NCBI RefSeq assembly: GCF_006345805.1
Contig: NC_043010.1
Location: 61,380,001-61,444,000, forward strand
DNA: 64,000 nucleotides
Reading direction: 5' to 3'
From: Octopus sinensis
Lineage: Eukaryota
A program made the translations under genes and the position numbers. Within the stretch, counting starts at the first letter, position 1, and the number at the start of each line of letters is the position of its first letter. Of this stretch, positions 1 through 12,951 are shown in pieces. The notes below the pieces were generated by a model. That model was given only the letters and a program-made list of their open reading frames with translations. It ran no database searches and had not been told where the DNA came from.

Positions 1-204
1 CAAAAGTGTTTTCTGCTTTATTTATATAAAACAGGAACTCATAAAAATATATATTTTGTGTTTATTGAATGTATATAAGTTTAAGTAAAATGTATATTTT
101 AGTTTAGAATCTTTCTGTTTTATTTTATTATTTTTTAATAAGTGAGACAAGCACGAAAGTCTCAAGTTCTTGACTCATGCCACTTTGTAACTTCTGCTGA
201 TCAA

Positions 205-328
205 TACACACACACACACATACATATACACACACACACATACATACATACACAAACACATACATACATACACACACATACATGTATGTATGTATATATA
301 TACATACATATATATGTATATATATATA

Positions 329-373
<45 letters not shown>

Positions 374-378
374 GTATG

Positions 379-411
<33 letters not shown>

Positions 412-584
412 ACATACGTACATGCATACATGTGCGTGTGTGTATTCTGTGTATATCCTCTATTTTTATATTTCCTCGCATGCATACATATACACACACG
501 CGATTAATATATATATTTATACAAAGAGAGAGAGAGAGAGCAATAAGAAAATGGAGGGGTCAATAGGTGGTATATATGTATGTA

Positions 585-642
<58 letters not shown>

Positions 643-706
643 ACAAAAAGAGAGAGAGAGCAATAAGAAAATGGAGGGGTCAATAGGTGGTATATATATG
701 TATGTA

Positions 707-797
<91 letters not shown>

Positions 798-835
798 CAT
801 ACATATATATATATGTATGTATGTATGTATATATA
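205..835. repeat. Compound (CA)/(TA)/(TATG) microsatellite with an internal duplication of a roughly 60-bp unique segment
   Basis: GAGAGCAATAAGAAAATGGAGGGGTCAATAGGTGGTATATAT occurs at about 536 and 656, separated by (TA)n. Confidence 0.9.
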
Positions 836-1259
836 TACTTTTATGTTTCAGCCTTGAGGTTACGGCCATGCTGGGGCACCTACCCTCATAAACGATCTAA
901 AGCGAAGGGAAACTAAAAATGTATTGTCTCATCTAAAGTTTAATAATACAATATATTTTAGTAAAACATCCAAATAAATGTTCGAATGCGTGAGTGTGTA
1001 TGTTGCGCGCGATTTAAAGTTTGAATCCTTGTGAACAAAACTAGGTTTGTTTTAAAATTATAATTGATAAAAATACAAATAACTGTTGAGATTTTATAAT
1101 ACTTTTATCCCGTAACAAAATCTTTATTTCAGAGAATTGTTAATATAAAGGAAATATATTATTAAATTAATTTTAAAATATGGAGAACTGGAAATGGCAA
1201 ACATTTCGCTCTTTTTCATCTTTGAATGTTTCTTTCTGGGATTGACGAAACAACGACAG

Positions 1260-2344
1260 ACCTACACAAATGTGCCCCCCTTCTCTGACTTTGTTTCCTC
1301 ATAACTTCCAGAAAAATGGATATTTTTGAATAAAATTTCCTACAAATACGCTTCAGATGGCGTAGATTACGATTGTATCGGAATTTATTGGGAAATATAT
1401 TTTCCGTGGGTGGGTAGAGGCCTCAGAAAAAATTTACATGAATCGGCCTTGTTTCCTCATAACTTTCAGGAAAATAGGTATTTTTTACTAAAAATTTCCT
1501 ACAAATACCTTTCAGAGGGTGTAAGTTACAATTATAACGGAATTAGCAGTATCACCCGGCGTTGCTCGGGTTTGTTTCGACCGTTTAGAATTGGAATTTT
1601 TGAAAAGTAAAAATTTTGCATTATGTAGCTTGTTATTCTCTTTAAGTGAACATTTTTCTGGTTGAAATACACCGAAAAATGGCGACACAGCAGTCAAAAA
1701 ATCGTAAAAAATAGGGATTTTCTTAGAAAAAAAGCACCTTTTTTTATGTAAATAATTTTTGGTGTTAACATGGTCCGATTTGAATTTTATCTTCTACGGA
1801 AGGAAGAGCAAGCCTTCTTCTATCATACTTTCAATTTTGGTCAACTTGCACCACAGGGTCTCGGAGGAGATAGTGTTAGTTGAAGGCTACCAAACCTGCC
1901 ACACACAGACAACTTCAGCTTTATATATATAAGAGATTTAATGTGGCAAAATAAAGTGGTGAACACGCACACATACATACTGAAACACAGCACAACTTTT
2001 TTCGAAATTTCAAGTTCCATTTTGTAGATAGATGCAATGTGTGTCAGATTGTATGTGTGCGAGCCCTCCATTTTTTTACATATTAAATTCCGATATAATC
2101 GTAATTTACACACTCGGAAAGATGTTAGTAGAGAATTTCTTGAGAAAAAAAAAAAACATTTTCCCGAAAGTTCTGACGAAATAAAGTCGACTCGTGTGAA
2201 TTTTCCGAAACTCCTCTCCCGTATCCACGCAAAATTTCTTTCACTATATATTCCCATATAATCGGAATCTACACCATCTGAAGCATATTTGTAAAAAAAT
2301 TTCCTTAAAAAAGCAAAATCCGGGAGGGGCATAATTGTGTAGGT
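1260..2344. mobile_element. Non-autonomous foldback DNA transposon with long inverted arms, interrupted by a Helitron-like insert
   Basis: Termini ACCTACACAAATGTGCCCC (1260) and reverse complement ACCTACACAATTATGCCCC (2344); inner repeat TACAAATAYGCTTCAGATGGYGTAGATT is inverted between the arms. No TSD seen. Confidence 0.7.
1541..1937 (+). mobile_element. Helitron/Helentron-like non-autonomous element (HINE-like), copy 1
   Basis: 5' TAGCAG...CCCGGCGTTGCTCGGG hairpin and 3' CTTCAGCTTTATATATA...AGAT end; highly similar copy at 48628-49025. Confidence 0.6.
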
Positions 2345-3548
2345 TTACCGAAAGAGGAGTTTTAGGGAGGGAGAAGGACATTAGTATACAATGAAATGAT
2401 GGACCACAACGTTTCTTTGGGATATTTTTATGATACAGGCGTCAAATAATGGACTGGTTTCTTTTCTCTGGGTGACAAAGCCAGTAATTGTTGATAAGGG
2501 GGGTGGGGGTGGAAGTGGTGTCTCTGACTGAACCACATGATATTACTGGTATCTTCTAAGGCGGTGAGGTGACAGAATCGTTAGTGAGACGGACAAAATA
2601 TTTATTTAGCGGCATTTCTTCTGGTTCCGCGGTCGACTTCACCTGTCATCTTTTTCGGGACCGACAGAATAAGTACCAGTCGAACACTGGAGTCCACGTA
2701 ACCGACCTGCTTGCTCCTCTTCGCAAAATTTCAGGCCTTGAGCCTAAAATAGAAAGAATTAAATTATTTCTATGTATTTTATTGAACTGTATCAGATGAA
2801 AAACAAAGGCAACGCTTGGAATTTGAACTCCGACCACCGAGGGAAAGGGGCCGTATTCTTTAAGGGATGTACTAATAACCCTTATTGTTCAAAGCCAGCT
2901 CAACGCAAACATCCAACAGATTTATAATCGAAGCCATTCCAGCCGTGACCACTCTGGGTTTCTTTTTAAGGAGAATGAAGGACTACGTTCTATAACACGT
3001 CCTTTCCTAATTTAAGATAGTGGATGCGATTTGAGAAAGATTTGGCTGTTATTTCTAGCATATCATGCGACTACATAGAGATTCTCCTTTGCTGGCTGGG
3101 ATGATATCAGCAAGTTTTGGCGAGATTCATAAAAGGTGGACCATAAGCTTTTGATACAAAACATAATTGCATGAAAATACACGATTACAAGAATTTTTAA
3201 AAATCATGAAATTCAAGAGATTTAAGTTTTTTATTAGAACTAATTTTTTCAATTTAATAATAGATCTTTTCTGTTTCGCTGCACCTGTGGAATTCGTAAA
3301 TACATGACAAAATCCTTAAACCCTTAAAAATGTTTTAGCCCCGAAGGCCGCGGCCATGCTGGGGCACCACCGACAGTTAAACGTTTTTCAAATAGTTCAA
3401 ACGTCTTTTTAATTATGTTTCTTGTTTTTATGTTTAGTGACTGTAAACCTACTTCATAAACTAGGTTCCACAATTGTTTTCTTTTTTAAATCTGGAATGG
3501 CCATTTCTGGAGAGGAGTAGGTTGCATAAATGGGTCATTGGTTACCAT

Positions 3549-3586
<38 letters not shown>

Positions 3587-3751
3587 CCAGCAAAAACCTA
3601 ATTATTTAAGTCTTAATTAATATTTTTCTCTCTTCTTTATCGCTCTTTTCCTATTAACCAATTCATTAATCTGCATCACTAAAGATGCGCTGAAATTTAT
3701 TTTATATAAAACACACTTTAATCATCATCATATATATATATATATTATATA

Positions 3752-3801
<50 letters not shown>

Positions 3802-3957
3802 CGGAGTAAGCACATAAATGTAAAACAAGGTGTAAAAAAGAGTACTCAAATACCAGAGGTAGAGTATATGCTTTTGTAACAGCTTTTGTTATATTGCTGC
3901 TGCTTTTAAATAAAGTTTATATATATATATATATAGTGTGTGTGTGTGTGTGTGTGT

Positions 3958-4000
<43 letters not shown>

Positions 4001-4266
4001 CGTGTGCGTGTGTGTTCGCCATTTGTCGGAGTTTTCCGTTGGTCAGGAACTTGTTTGCGTCCGAGTAAAACTTTTCAGAAATTTTTAGATACTCGGAGCT
4101 TACAAACGGTTTCTTCTCTCGTTTCTCAAAGCTGAAGACGTCGTTGAAGAATTTAGTTCTGCATGAGATAGTGAAGAAATAAGCACTCATTTTTTTTAAG
4201 GGTTGTATAAGACCTCGAAATAGACTGCTTCAGATAACGTTTTTCACTCAAGAGTAATCGGCATTC

Positions 4267-4438
4267 GTTACTACTTAAAAACAGTGGTCCCGGTGCGCGC
4301 ACTCGCGCTAGCTAGTCATGACTAGTCGATCCTTACTTTGTGTTTTATTTACTTTGCTAGGTAGTCGTTGTAGGATCGACTAGTCACGACTAGCTAGCGC
4401 GAGTGCGTGCACCGGGACCACTGTTCTTAAGTAGGACC
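4267..4438. mobile_element. Second copy of the same Mutator-like MITE, opposite orientation
   Basis: Same TIRs; internal TTTGTGTTTTATTTACTTTGCTAGGTAGTCGTTGTA is the reverse complement of the interior of 4643-4837. Confidence 0.78.
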
Positions 4439-4642
4439 CGATTCTGTTTTCTGCTTAGAAATTTGCGGATTTTACACACACACATAAAACAGGTAAGAAC
4501 AAATATGCAAGGCTTTCTTTTCTTCTTCAAGTTTAAAATGATTTCGTTGTATCTTCTCCACAACCCACGGAAATACCCGAAGTGAAATGTTTGGATTTTG
4601 TCGAGTTATACCGAAGGAATGCCGAGTAATCTATAATTACTT

Positions 4643-4837
4643 GGTACTACTTAAGAACAGTGATCCCGGTGCGCGCACTCGCGCTAGCTAGTCGTGACTT
4701 GTCGATCCTACAACGACTACCTAGCAAAGTAAATAAAACACAAAATAAATAATTTTTTTAAAACAAAGTAAGGATCGACTAGTCTCGACTAGCTTACGCG
4801 AGTGCGCGCACCGGGACCACTCTTCTTAAGTAGTACC
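4643..4837. mobile_element. Mutator-like MITE with about 65-bp TIRs and 9-bp TSD
   Basis: TIR GGTACTACTTAAGAACAGTG...GTCGATCCT at both ends; exact direct repeat TAATTACTT at 4634-4642 and 4838-4846. Confidence 0.8.
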
Positions 4838-5884
4838 TAATTACTTTTGTAATCTGAAACGCTTAATATGTCTCTTAAATATAGAACAAATGAAATCTGC
4901 TTTAAACATTTTCCATATATCAGGTGTCAACTGGCAAAGTTTGGTGCTGACTGCCACGAATGGCACTGTTTCTCTTTGACATATTCTTTAAAATATATTC
5001 CATCCAGTCTGGCAAAATGTGTTTTCATATACAAAAATAGCTCTACTCACCTTTAATTGTCTGCTATATTTATCACCAATGATGATCCTTTATGTGTCTT
5101 CCTCTTAAATGTTCCTTAAATCTCAACTAGAGCTTAAAGACTATTACACGATGGACACGTAACTTTTTAGACATCAAGAGAAAAGAAACTCTACCTTGGA
5201 CCTTTTCTCTTTTCTTTGTTGACATCTGGGAAGTATCGTCACCAGAACTATTTCTTTCTACAGGACTTTATTCTACTTACTGGTTGGATTTAAAACTGTC
5301 TTGAAGCACTCTAAATATCCTTCCAACCTTTATATTTTTCTTTTCTAACCAGTATTTTTGTGTCAAAATCTCTCTATAAACCAAATGTTAAAAGGCATTT
5401 CATACACACAGAGGCATGCCCATAATTTTTCTTCATCTTTATCTGTCATTTTGTCTCCTTTCTTCTACCTTCTCGTACATATTATATATGAGTTTATTCA
5501 TTTCTGTCTCTTAAACTTTAATACATTCAATTCTTCGTCTTCTTCACACTTCTCCTTCTTTCTCTCCATTCGGTCATTCACCTTATTTATTTTAAACATC
5601 CTCTTTCATAAATATCTTTTCTACATTACCTCGTATTTACTCTGTCTTAAGGAAACCTTTATCATCTGTTCCCATCTTTTAATTTTTATATATTTCTTCA
5701 TCATTCCTCCACCCCCGCTTCTGTCTTTCTCTTTTCCTGTCTACTCTCTGTCCCGCAGTTATCTTAAATTATAAATATTACAATATAAATGCTTAAATCT
5801 TAGAATTTCTATATTTGTAAGCCCCGCTTTATTCTCCAAATATATATATATCACCCATACAAGCTATAGTAACATTATATACCC

Positions 5885-7003
5885 GGGGCTAATGCAGTTT
5901 CGCACCTCTCCTTCAAAAATGCATTTAAAAGAAAAAAAAAACCCATTTTCGGATCCCTACGTTTTACATGTCGGAGATTACAAATATGCAAAAAAACAAA
6001 AAAAAAATACCTCCCTCGGTCCCCCCCCCTTAAAATTTTGAACTTTTGCCGAATTTTTCCCCCTATGTTTTAGATGATGGAGATTCCGAATATGCAATTT
6101 TTTTTTAAATTTCACCTCCCACCTCCCCAATTTAAAATTTTGAAATTTTTCCGAAATTTTTTACCTATGTTTTAGATATCGGAGATTACGAATATGCCCA
6201 AAAAAAATTAACCCCCCCCCCATCCTTTAAAATTTTGAACTTTTTCCGAAATTTTTTTCCCCTATGTTTTAGGTGAGTTAAGGAGGTGCTCGGACCGTAA
6301 GCAAACGGATCGGCCCCGGCTGGATAGTCACGCCTCTAGGTGACCGTCGCACCCCAAGGGGGTCAAGACTATGTTGAGGGCTTGCAGTCGGCAGGTTTCC
6401 GAATATGCAAGCAACCGCGTTTTCAAAATTTTTAATTCAATAACCATATAGATATAGATATGTATATAAAGGGATGGATCGATATGAGGCGTCTTCCTGG
6501 GGCTAAAAACAACAGTAACACCATCTTCTATAGGACCGCTACATTGACGGATATATTTTATGAATAAACGGATAAATAAATAAATAAATAAAGGAATGAA
6601 AAATTTAAAATTGGGGGAGTGGGGAAATTCGAGCCCCTTATTAAACTTTATAACGTTAATTATTAAAAATTAATGATTGTTTTTCATAAAATGGTGTCGA
6701 TTTAGTTTCCATTCAATTATTTACGATTATTGAAGGCAAACACAAGTAAAACGCAAATTCTTTTCCCTTTAATGGTTTTGTCTATGTCTAACCTCAGTTT
6801 GCATTATCTTCGTCAATTCGCTACAATCTCTTTCAAGTAAACAGAATCAACATTTTTAATGAGGGGAAGAGGTGAGGGTGTGAAATTAAAACAATTTTTT
6901 TCTTGCATATTCGTAATCTCCGACATCTAAAATGCAAGAATCCTAAAAAAATTTTTTTTTTTAATGCATTTTTCAAGGAAAGGCGCGAAACTGCAATCGC
7001 CCC
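5885..7003. mobile_element. Foldback MITE with over 100-bp TIRs and subterminal tandem repeats
   Basis: GGGGCTAATGCAGTTTCGCACCTCTCCTTCAAAAATGCATT at the left end and its near reverse complement ending at 7003; unit TTTTAGATGTCGGAGATTACGAATATGC occurs 4 times on the left and inverted on the right. Confidence 0.7.
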
Positions 7004-7645
7004 TAAAACCCTAAAACACATAAGTTTGTACCATATACAGTGAAATCCTTAGAAATATTGAAATTGTGATCGTTTGGTATTGTATAAACGCAGGAGTGAA
7101 ATAAATGACTGTCTCGAATTAGTCTGGGACTCACCAGGCCCAGTGTCTATGGCGTATAAGTGACCGAGATAATTGTAAGTCCGTTGCAATGGTACTCCAC
7201 TTACGTAAGAAAGCCACAATACTGCGCGTTAAATAAGATGTTGCCGCTGATAAATGAGACATGTCGAGGTAAGAAAGCTTGTTTGCGTTGGGTCACCATT
7301 GACGCACAGCAGAGGCCGGTCTTCTCCATTGTCGGCATGGTCTTTTGTGTAAGATTATTGTGGATTAGGCTGGCTACGTGTGTTGCAAACAGACACAAAT
7401 ATATATATATCATCATCATCGTCGTTTAACGTCCGTTTTCCACGCTAGCATGGGTTGGACGTTTCGACCAGGGTCTGGGAAGCCAGGAGGCTGCACCAGG
7501 CTCCAGTCTGATCTGGCAGTATTTCTGCAGCCAACCACTCCGTGAGTGTAGTGGGTGCTTTTTACATGTCACGGGCACAGGGGCCAGAAGAGGCTGGCAA
7601 CGTCTACAATCAGTTGGTGCTTTTTACCTGCTACCGGCACGCTTA

Positions 7646-8040
7646 TATACAGGGTGGATGGAAAGTAACCAGGCATTAGAAATTGCTTATAGGATTTTTA
7701 GCATCACTGAAGGCATCGAAGTCTGAGCCTGATCGTGCCATTTTTCTTTCTGCTCCACTAACAATGTACACCAAAGAAGGACAAAGAGCAGTGATTGGAT
7801 TTCTCTGGCCGGAAGGTGTGTCAGGTGCTGAAATTCAATGGAAGCTTTTAGCAGAATATGGGGACAGTGCACTACCATGAAGAAGTGTGTATGAATGGAT
7901 CGAGAAGTTTAAAAGAGGCCGGACAAGTGTGAAGCACGAAAAGGGAGCAGGACACCTGTCAACCTTGACCACTGATGAGAAGATTCAGCCAGCTCTGGAG
8001 ATGAAAATGGTGAACCAGTTCATCATTACTATCTCCCAGA
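7646..8040 (+). mobile_element. 5' fragment of a mariner-like transposon (third family; HTH region only)
   Basis: QRAVIGFLWPEGVSGAEIQWKLLAEYGDSALP*RSVYEWIEKFKRGRTSVKHEKGAG matches the mariner N-terminal HTH; begins with TA-CAGGGTG. Confidence 0.75.
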
Positions 8041-8784
8041 TCACTGCTCTTTGGTCTTCGTTGATGCACACACACACATATATACATGTATGTGTGTATA
8101 CGAGTTTTGAGATACTATGGAGAGACTTAGGATACAGGGATCGATTTCCATAGTCTAAATTCTACAGTTATTAATAGCTTGCTGTGGTGACAGGAACGAA
8201 TTGGTCTTGAATGAAAATTGAGATGTGAGTTTACCCTAACCTAGTTACATCTCGTGTGTTTGCTTTGGGCAAGAGTGAAATAATAGGTCTTTAAATATTT
8301 TTAGCTGCTGGTTATCTTGGGGGGGGGGTGAGACATGTTACTCTGATGAGTCTTGCTAAAGCTCTGCCCTGGACTGGCTCGTTTATGGCGTGAGGTGAGA
8401 TGTGTGTTCCCAGGTCGCTTTCAACCTCTGCGTTTGATCTTTGCGGGTTTTGCTTATCACCAGAGAAAAGCGTACGAATCTCAGGACATTCACTTTTGTT
8501 CTAACTTTGTGGCATGATTTCCTGCAAGTCAATTGGTTGCTAAATAGAATGTACACATGAAAATATGTGTGGTTCGTTCATGGCAATATCCTGACTACTT
8601 AGAGATTGGGGTTCGACTCCTACATCTTGCTACAATATACAGATTGCCTTCTGAACCAATACTGCTGCCATTCCTAATCGCAAATGCTTGTCCAGCTGTT
8701 TGTGACACCAGTGATTTGTCGATCACTGCTTTTCCATATCAGTAGAGGCTAAATCTATCTAAGCATGCAGTTGATAGTGGATAT

Positions 8785-8830
8785 TTGCTACTGATGACGT
8801 CCAAATATGCTGAAACCCCAGGTATAGCAA
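8785..8830 (+). ncRNA. Type I minimal hammerhead-ribozyme-like motif (stem II degenerate)
   Basis: TTGCTA-CTGATGA-cgtccaaatatgct-GAAA-CC-cca-GG-TA-TAGCAA: 6-bp stem I, intact CUGAUGA and GAAA boxes, stem III and GUA triplet. Confidence 0.6.
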
Positions 8831-9851
8831 TTCCCCCTCCGCTGCTAGATGCCTTTTGTCTGCTTCTGATACACTTTTCTGGCTTTTAAACACTATATGT
8901 CTGTACTATGAAATACTTTCTCAAAATGAGGGTTGCAATATTGTGGCTTTCTTGCAGTGAATCCATATTAAATAGGCTAAACAGAATGCCATTCTCAACT
9001 CATACTGCTTCCGTTTCTAATAACGAATGTATGTGTGTGTATATCTTTCAGAGTCAGTAAACTGAGAAATAACACCCTACCATCCTCTTAAAGTGAAGGG
9101 CACATGAATAATCCAGTGGTTCTCAAACTGACAAATACCTATTCACCCTCTACCCACCCATAAAAGAGGAAACAAATCATAATTTGTCTCTACCTAATTC
9201 TTCTTTGTTTGCCAGGAAGTATCTTCATTTTATTAAAGATGGCAATCGCTATATTTCATTGTCCTGGATGTCTTTTAAAAAAAATGGGTCCAAAACATTT
9301 TCACTTAGTCGTTTTGGTGCTGCTAAGACCCAGTACATGTCATGTTAAACACAATATGGGTCGCAAGATTTCAATTAAAAAAAAGAAACGCTTTGAAAAC
9401 TTAGAACAACGGTTTACATTTTGTTCAGTAATCCTGGATAATGAAACTCTTGGTCCTTGAATCACTTTTGTAACTTCCTGATGAGTGAAAATAAAAAATG
9501 TGTGTATGCATATATATATATATATATATATATCACAGTTGTAACATCACAGTTACAACTGTGATGTTGTTGATAAAACATGTTCTTGTCTACTTATTAT
9601 CCTCTTTGTGATTTTGGATAAAAAGAAAATTATACAAATGAATCCTTTGAATTTAACTAAATTCTATATTTTTATGCAGCTGAAGATTGCTCTACATTCT
9701 AAATTGATGTAATGTTTGCATTTTTCAGTTGAATGGAGTCGCATGAAACAATTGTACTGCATTACCTCTGGATATCCCTGTTGCTTGTTTTGATTTTATA
9801 TAAATATATAAATCGAAATCGAAATGAACCAGTCAGGATCCCTGGTCTGGT

Positions 9852-10170
9852 GGTACGTAAAAAAGCACTATCCGACTCGTGGCCGATGCCAGCGCCGCCT
9901 CGACTGGCTTCCGTGCCGGTGGCACGTAAAATACACCAATCTGACCGTGGCCGTTGCCAGCCTCGCCTGGCACCTGTGCAGGTGGCACGTAAAAAGCACC
10001 CACTACACTCACGGAGTGGTTGGCGTTAGGAAGGGCATCCAGCTGTAGAAACATTGCCAGATAAGACTGGAGCCTGGTGCAGCCTTCTGGCTTCCCAGAT
10101 CCCCGGTCGAACCGTCCAACACATGCTAGCATGGAGAACGGACGTTAAACGATGATGATGATGATGATGA
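9852..10170 (+). mobile_element. SINE family C copy; others at about 7411-7640, 15365-15548, 34077-34270, 34615-34828, 35435-35690, 36285-36745, 40952-41228, 49183-49470, 51170-51427, 55978-56520 and 60880-61065
   Basis: Shared core GGTTGGCGTTAGGAAGGGCATCCAGCTGTAGAAAC...CCATGCTAGCATGG...GGACGTTAAACGATGATGAT. Confidence 0.85.
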
Positions 10171-12951
10171 TAAAATTCTCAGACCGGGCGTTGCATTGTG
10201 TTCTTGAGCAAAACTCTTCATTTCACGTTGCTCTGCAATCATTCCATCATCTGAAACATGTGGCACATGGTGCACCTGTACAGGTAATGTTGATCTGAGG
10301 GAGGGACTGAGCTTATGTGGACACAAACATTAAATCACTATAAACAAATCATCTGTGTGGTTTAGAAAAACCTTAGTTCCTGGTTCAGTCGCTTGGCATG
10401 GCACCTTGGTTAAGTGCTTTCTACTCTCACTTCAAGCTGACCAAAATCTAGTAAGGGGGTTTAATAGACAGAATCTCCAGAAGCTCATCATAAATATGTG
10501 TGTATGGATGTTGGCATTGTGCTGAGTGGCATTACAACCAGTTGCTGTTTTCAAAGACCTGTGAAATTTACGAGTCTCTTACTTGAAAAACAGATAAGCG
10601 ATGCTGAGTATTTGGCTGTAAAATCCTGCCTCAACTCCCTAAATATAAAGCAAACTATATATCTATATATTTGATTTTCTTTTCCATGTGTCATTCTTAT
10701 ATGGTTTCTGTAAGAATGGCTTTTACATTATTTGTATAAATATCTCTAGCTGGCCAAGGCAGGCTGTTTCCATGGTGGACGAGGGTGGGGCACTGAAGAG
10801 TGGAAATGACCAGGGGATATGAATACCTCTCACTCTCTTTCACTTCATGTGTGATTTTGTTCTGCCTATCTTTGAAGTATGGTGTGCTTTTAAATAATAC
10901 GTCTTTAAAGGGGTCTACTCTCAACAAAGTACTACCGTTTCACAGCTTTTAAGCATACATAAAGTGTTTACATCATATAAGCTACTTCAAACACAAATTC
11001 TAGTATATATCTATTTCTTTACTACCCACAAGGGGCTAAACATAGAGGGGACAGACAAGGACAGACAAATGGATTAAGTCGATTGCATCGACCCCAGTGT
11101 GTAACTGGTACTTAATTTATTGACCCCGAAAGGATGAAAAGCAAAGTCGACCTCGGCGGAATTTGAACTCAGAACACAGCAGCAGACGAAATACTGCAAA
11201 GCATTTCACCCAACATGCAAACGTTTCTGCCAGCTTGTCGCCTAAATTCTAGTATACATCATCATCGTTTAACGTCCATTTTACACACACAAAATATGAG
11301 AGGCTTCAATACAATTTCTTTGTCACTCACAAGGGAGCGGTGAGCACAAGGTTATATAGAAGACACTTGCCTGTAGTACCACACAGTGGGACTGAACCCA
11401 AACTATGTGGTTCCAAATGTGAATTTCTTAACCACACAGCCACCACAATAACAAACAAAACAAACAAATAAATGAATAAAGTCAAAATTCTCATAAATTC
11501 CTTATATTCTCTTTTTTTTTTTAATTTTTTTTTCTTGAAGCTTTGAAAATTTAATTTCAAACTGCAAAAAAAAAAAACATTCATACAGAGATAATGAGAA
11601 ATAAATAAAACGGGAGCGGGGAGGGGGGAAAGAAAAATAAAACGAACCCACAAATATATTCATTTTTGACCATGGAATTAAGGGAAGAAAAAAGTAAGGA
11701 AAAATTATCAGAGGGGACGACATATGATATACTGAGTGTTAGACCTGCTTAAACAACACAACCTGGCCCTTAGCTGCCCTTTTGTGGGATCAACTCTTTT
11801 GAATGTAGTCAGGCCTGCTCTACAATCTAAGGTAACCTTCCTCCCTTGTTCCTATTAGTCTCAGACACCCTAAAAAGGGTCAGAGATGGTTTGGTTCCCC
11901 TTTTGGCTGAGCCAATAAAAAGATACAACCACATCCTTCAGAATCTGACTGACTGTAGGGCTCCACTCAGAATGGGTTTTTAAGAATTATTTTCAAGGGG
12001 ATTATTTCTGTTGGTGACAATGTGTTTGATGAAGAATACAAAGATTTATTATTAAGTAAATGTCATTATTTGTCACATTTGAGTAAAGTTTTTATATACG
12101 TAAGCAGTGTGTGAAGCCTGGTATATATGTATACGTTTGTCATATTTGAAGTATATAACATTACTTTACATATAAACAGAGGTTTCATTCAGAAGTTCAT
12201 ATCATGATACCTATCAGAAATTTTCTGTGGATAATGCTAAAAATACTTTCATTTATTCAAAATATTTTCTTGTCTCACAAACAAAAATTGCAGATTTCTA
12301 AATCCCATATTGTCTGGATGATCCAAGATGTAATGGAAAGATTTGATATAAAAGCAAAATAATAAGAATAAGAATAACAACAACAATAATAATAATAATA
12401 ATGGTTTCAATTTTGGCACAAGGCCAGTAATTTCGAGGGAAGGGTTAAGTCGATTACATCGACCCCAATATTCAATTGGTACTTATTTTTTTCAACCCAG
12501 TAAGGATGAAAGGCAAAGTCGACCTCAGAATATAAAGACAAGCAAAATGCTTGGCAGCATTTTCCCCGGCGTACTAACAATTCTGCCAGCTGGCCACCTT
12601 AAGTAATAATAATAATAATGATCATAATAATAATAATAATAATAATAATAATTGGCTTTTTGGTCGATTGTACACAAAATTTGAGGATGTGTATAGTTTG
12701 ACAGAGATGAACAAAACTTTGGTTTGGATGTGTAACTCTGTTTACATATGACATACACATATATACAAGTGTGTATGTGAATATATATATATATATAAAC
12801 ATACATATCCGTGTGTGTGTGTGTATGAAGTGTGTAGTTTAGGATGTATTTGTGTATGGTTAACGTAGAGGTGTCCTTTGGTTTGGTGTTTGTCAAAAAT
12901 GAAGGATGAAATGAAGACGAAAAGAAGCAGGGGGCAGAGATGGGAGCCTGA

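Noticed and set aside
128-916. Long ORFs rich in Y/I/H/T or C/V/M (also at 19379-19967, 20485-24086 and 42201-42987)
   Set aside because: They are translations of (TA)/(CA)/(TATG) microsatellites that lack stop codons by construction.
7040-7400. CpG-containing unique segment with short ORFs
   Set aside because: No recognisable motif in any frame and no second copy in the window.
9920-10000. HDV-like ribozyme in the SINE-C unit (CAG-CCTCGC-CTG resembles P3-L3)
   Set aside because: I could not close P1 or P2 or find the P1.1 GG and J4/2 catalytic C in the required order.
10697-10927. 76-codon minus-strand ORF downstream of ZNF-A
   Set aside because: No domain or splice evidence; length is within chance expectation.
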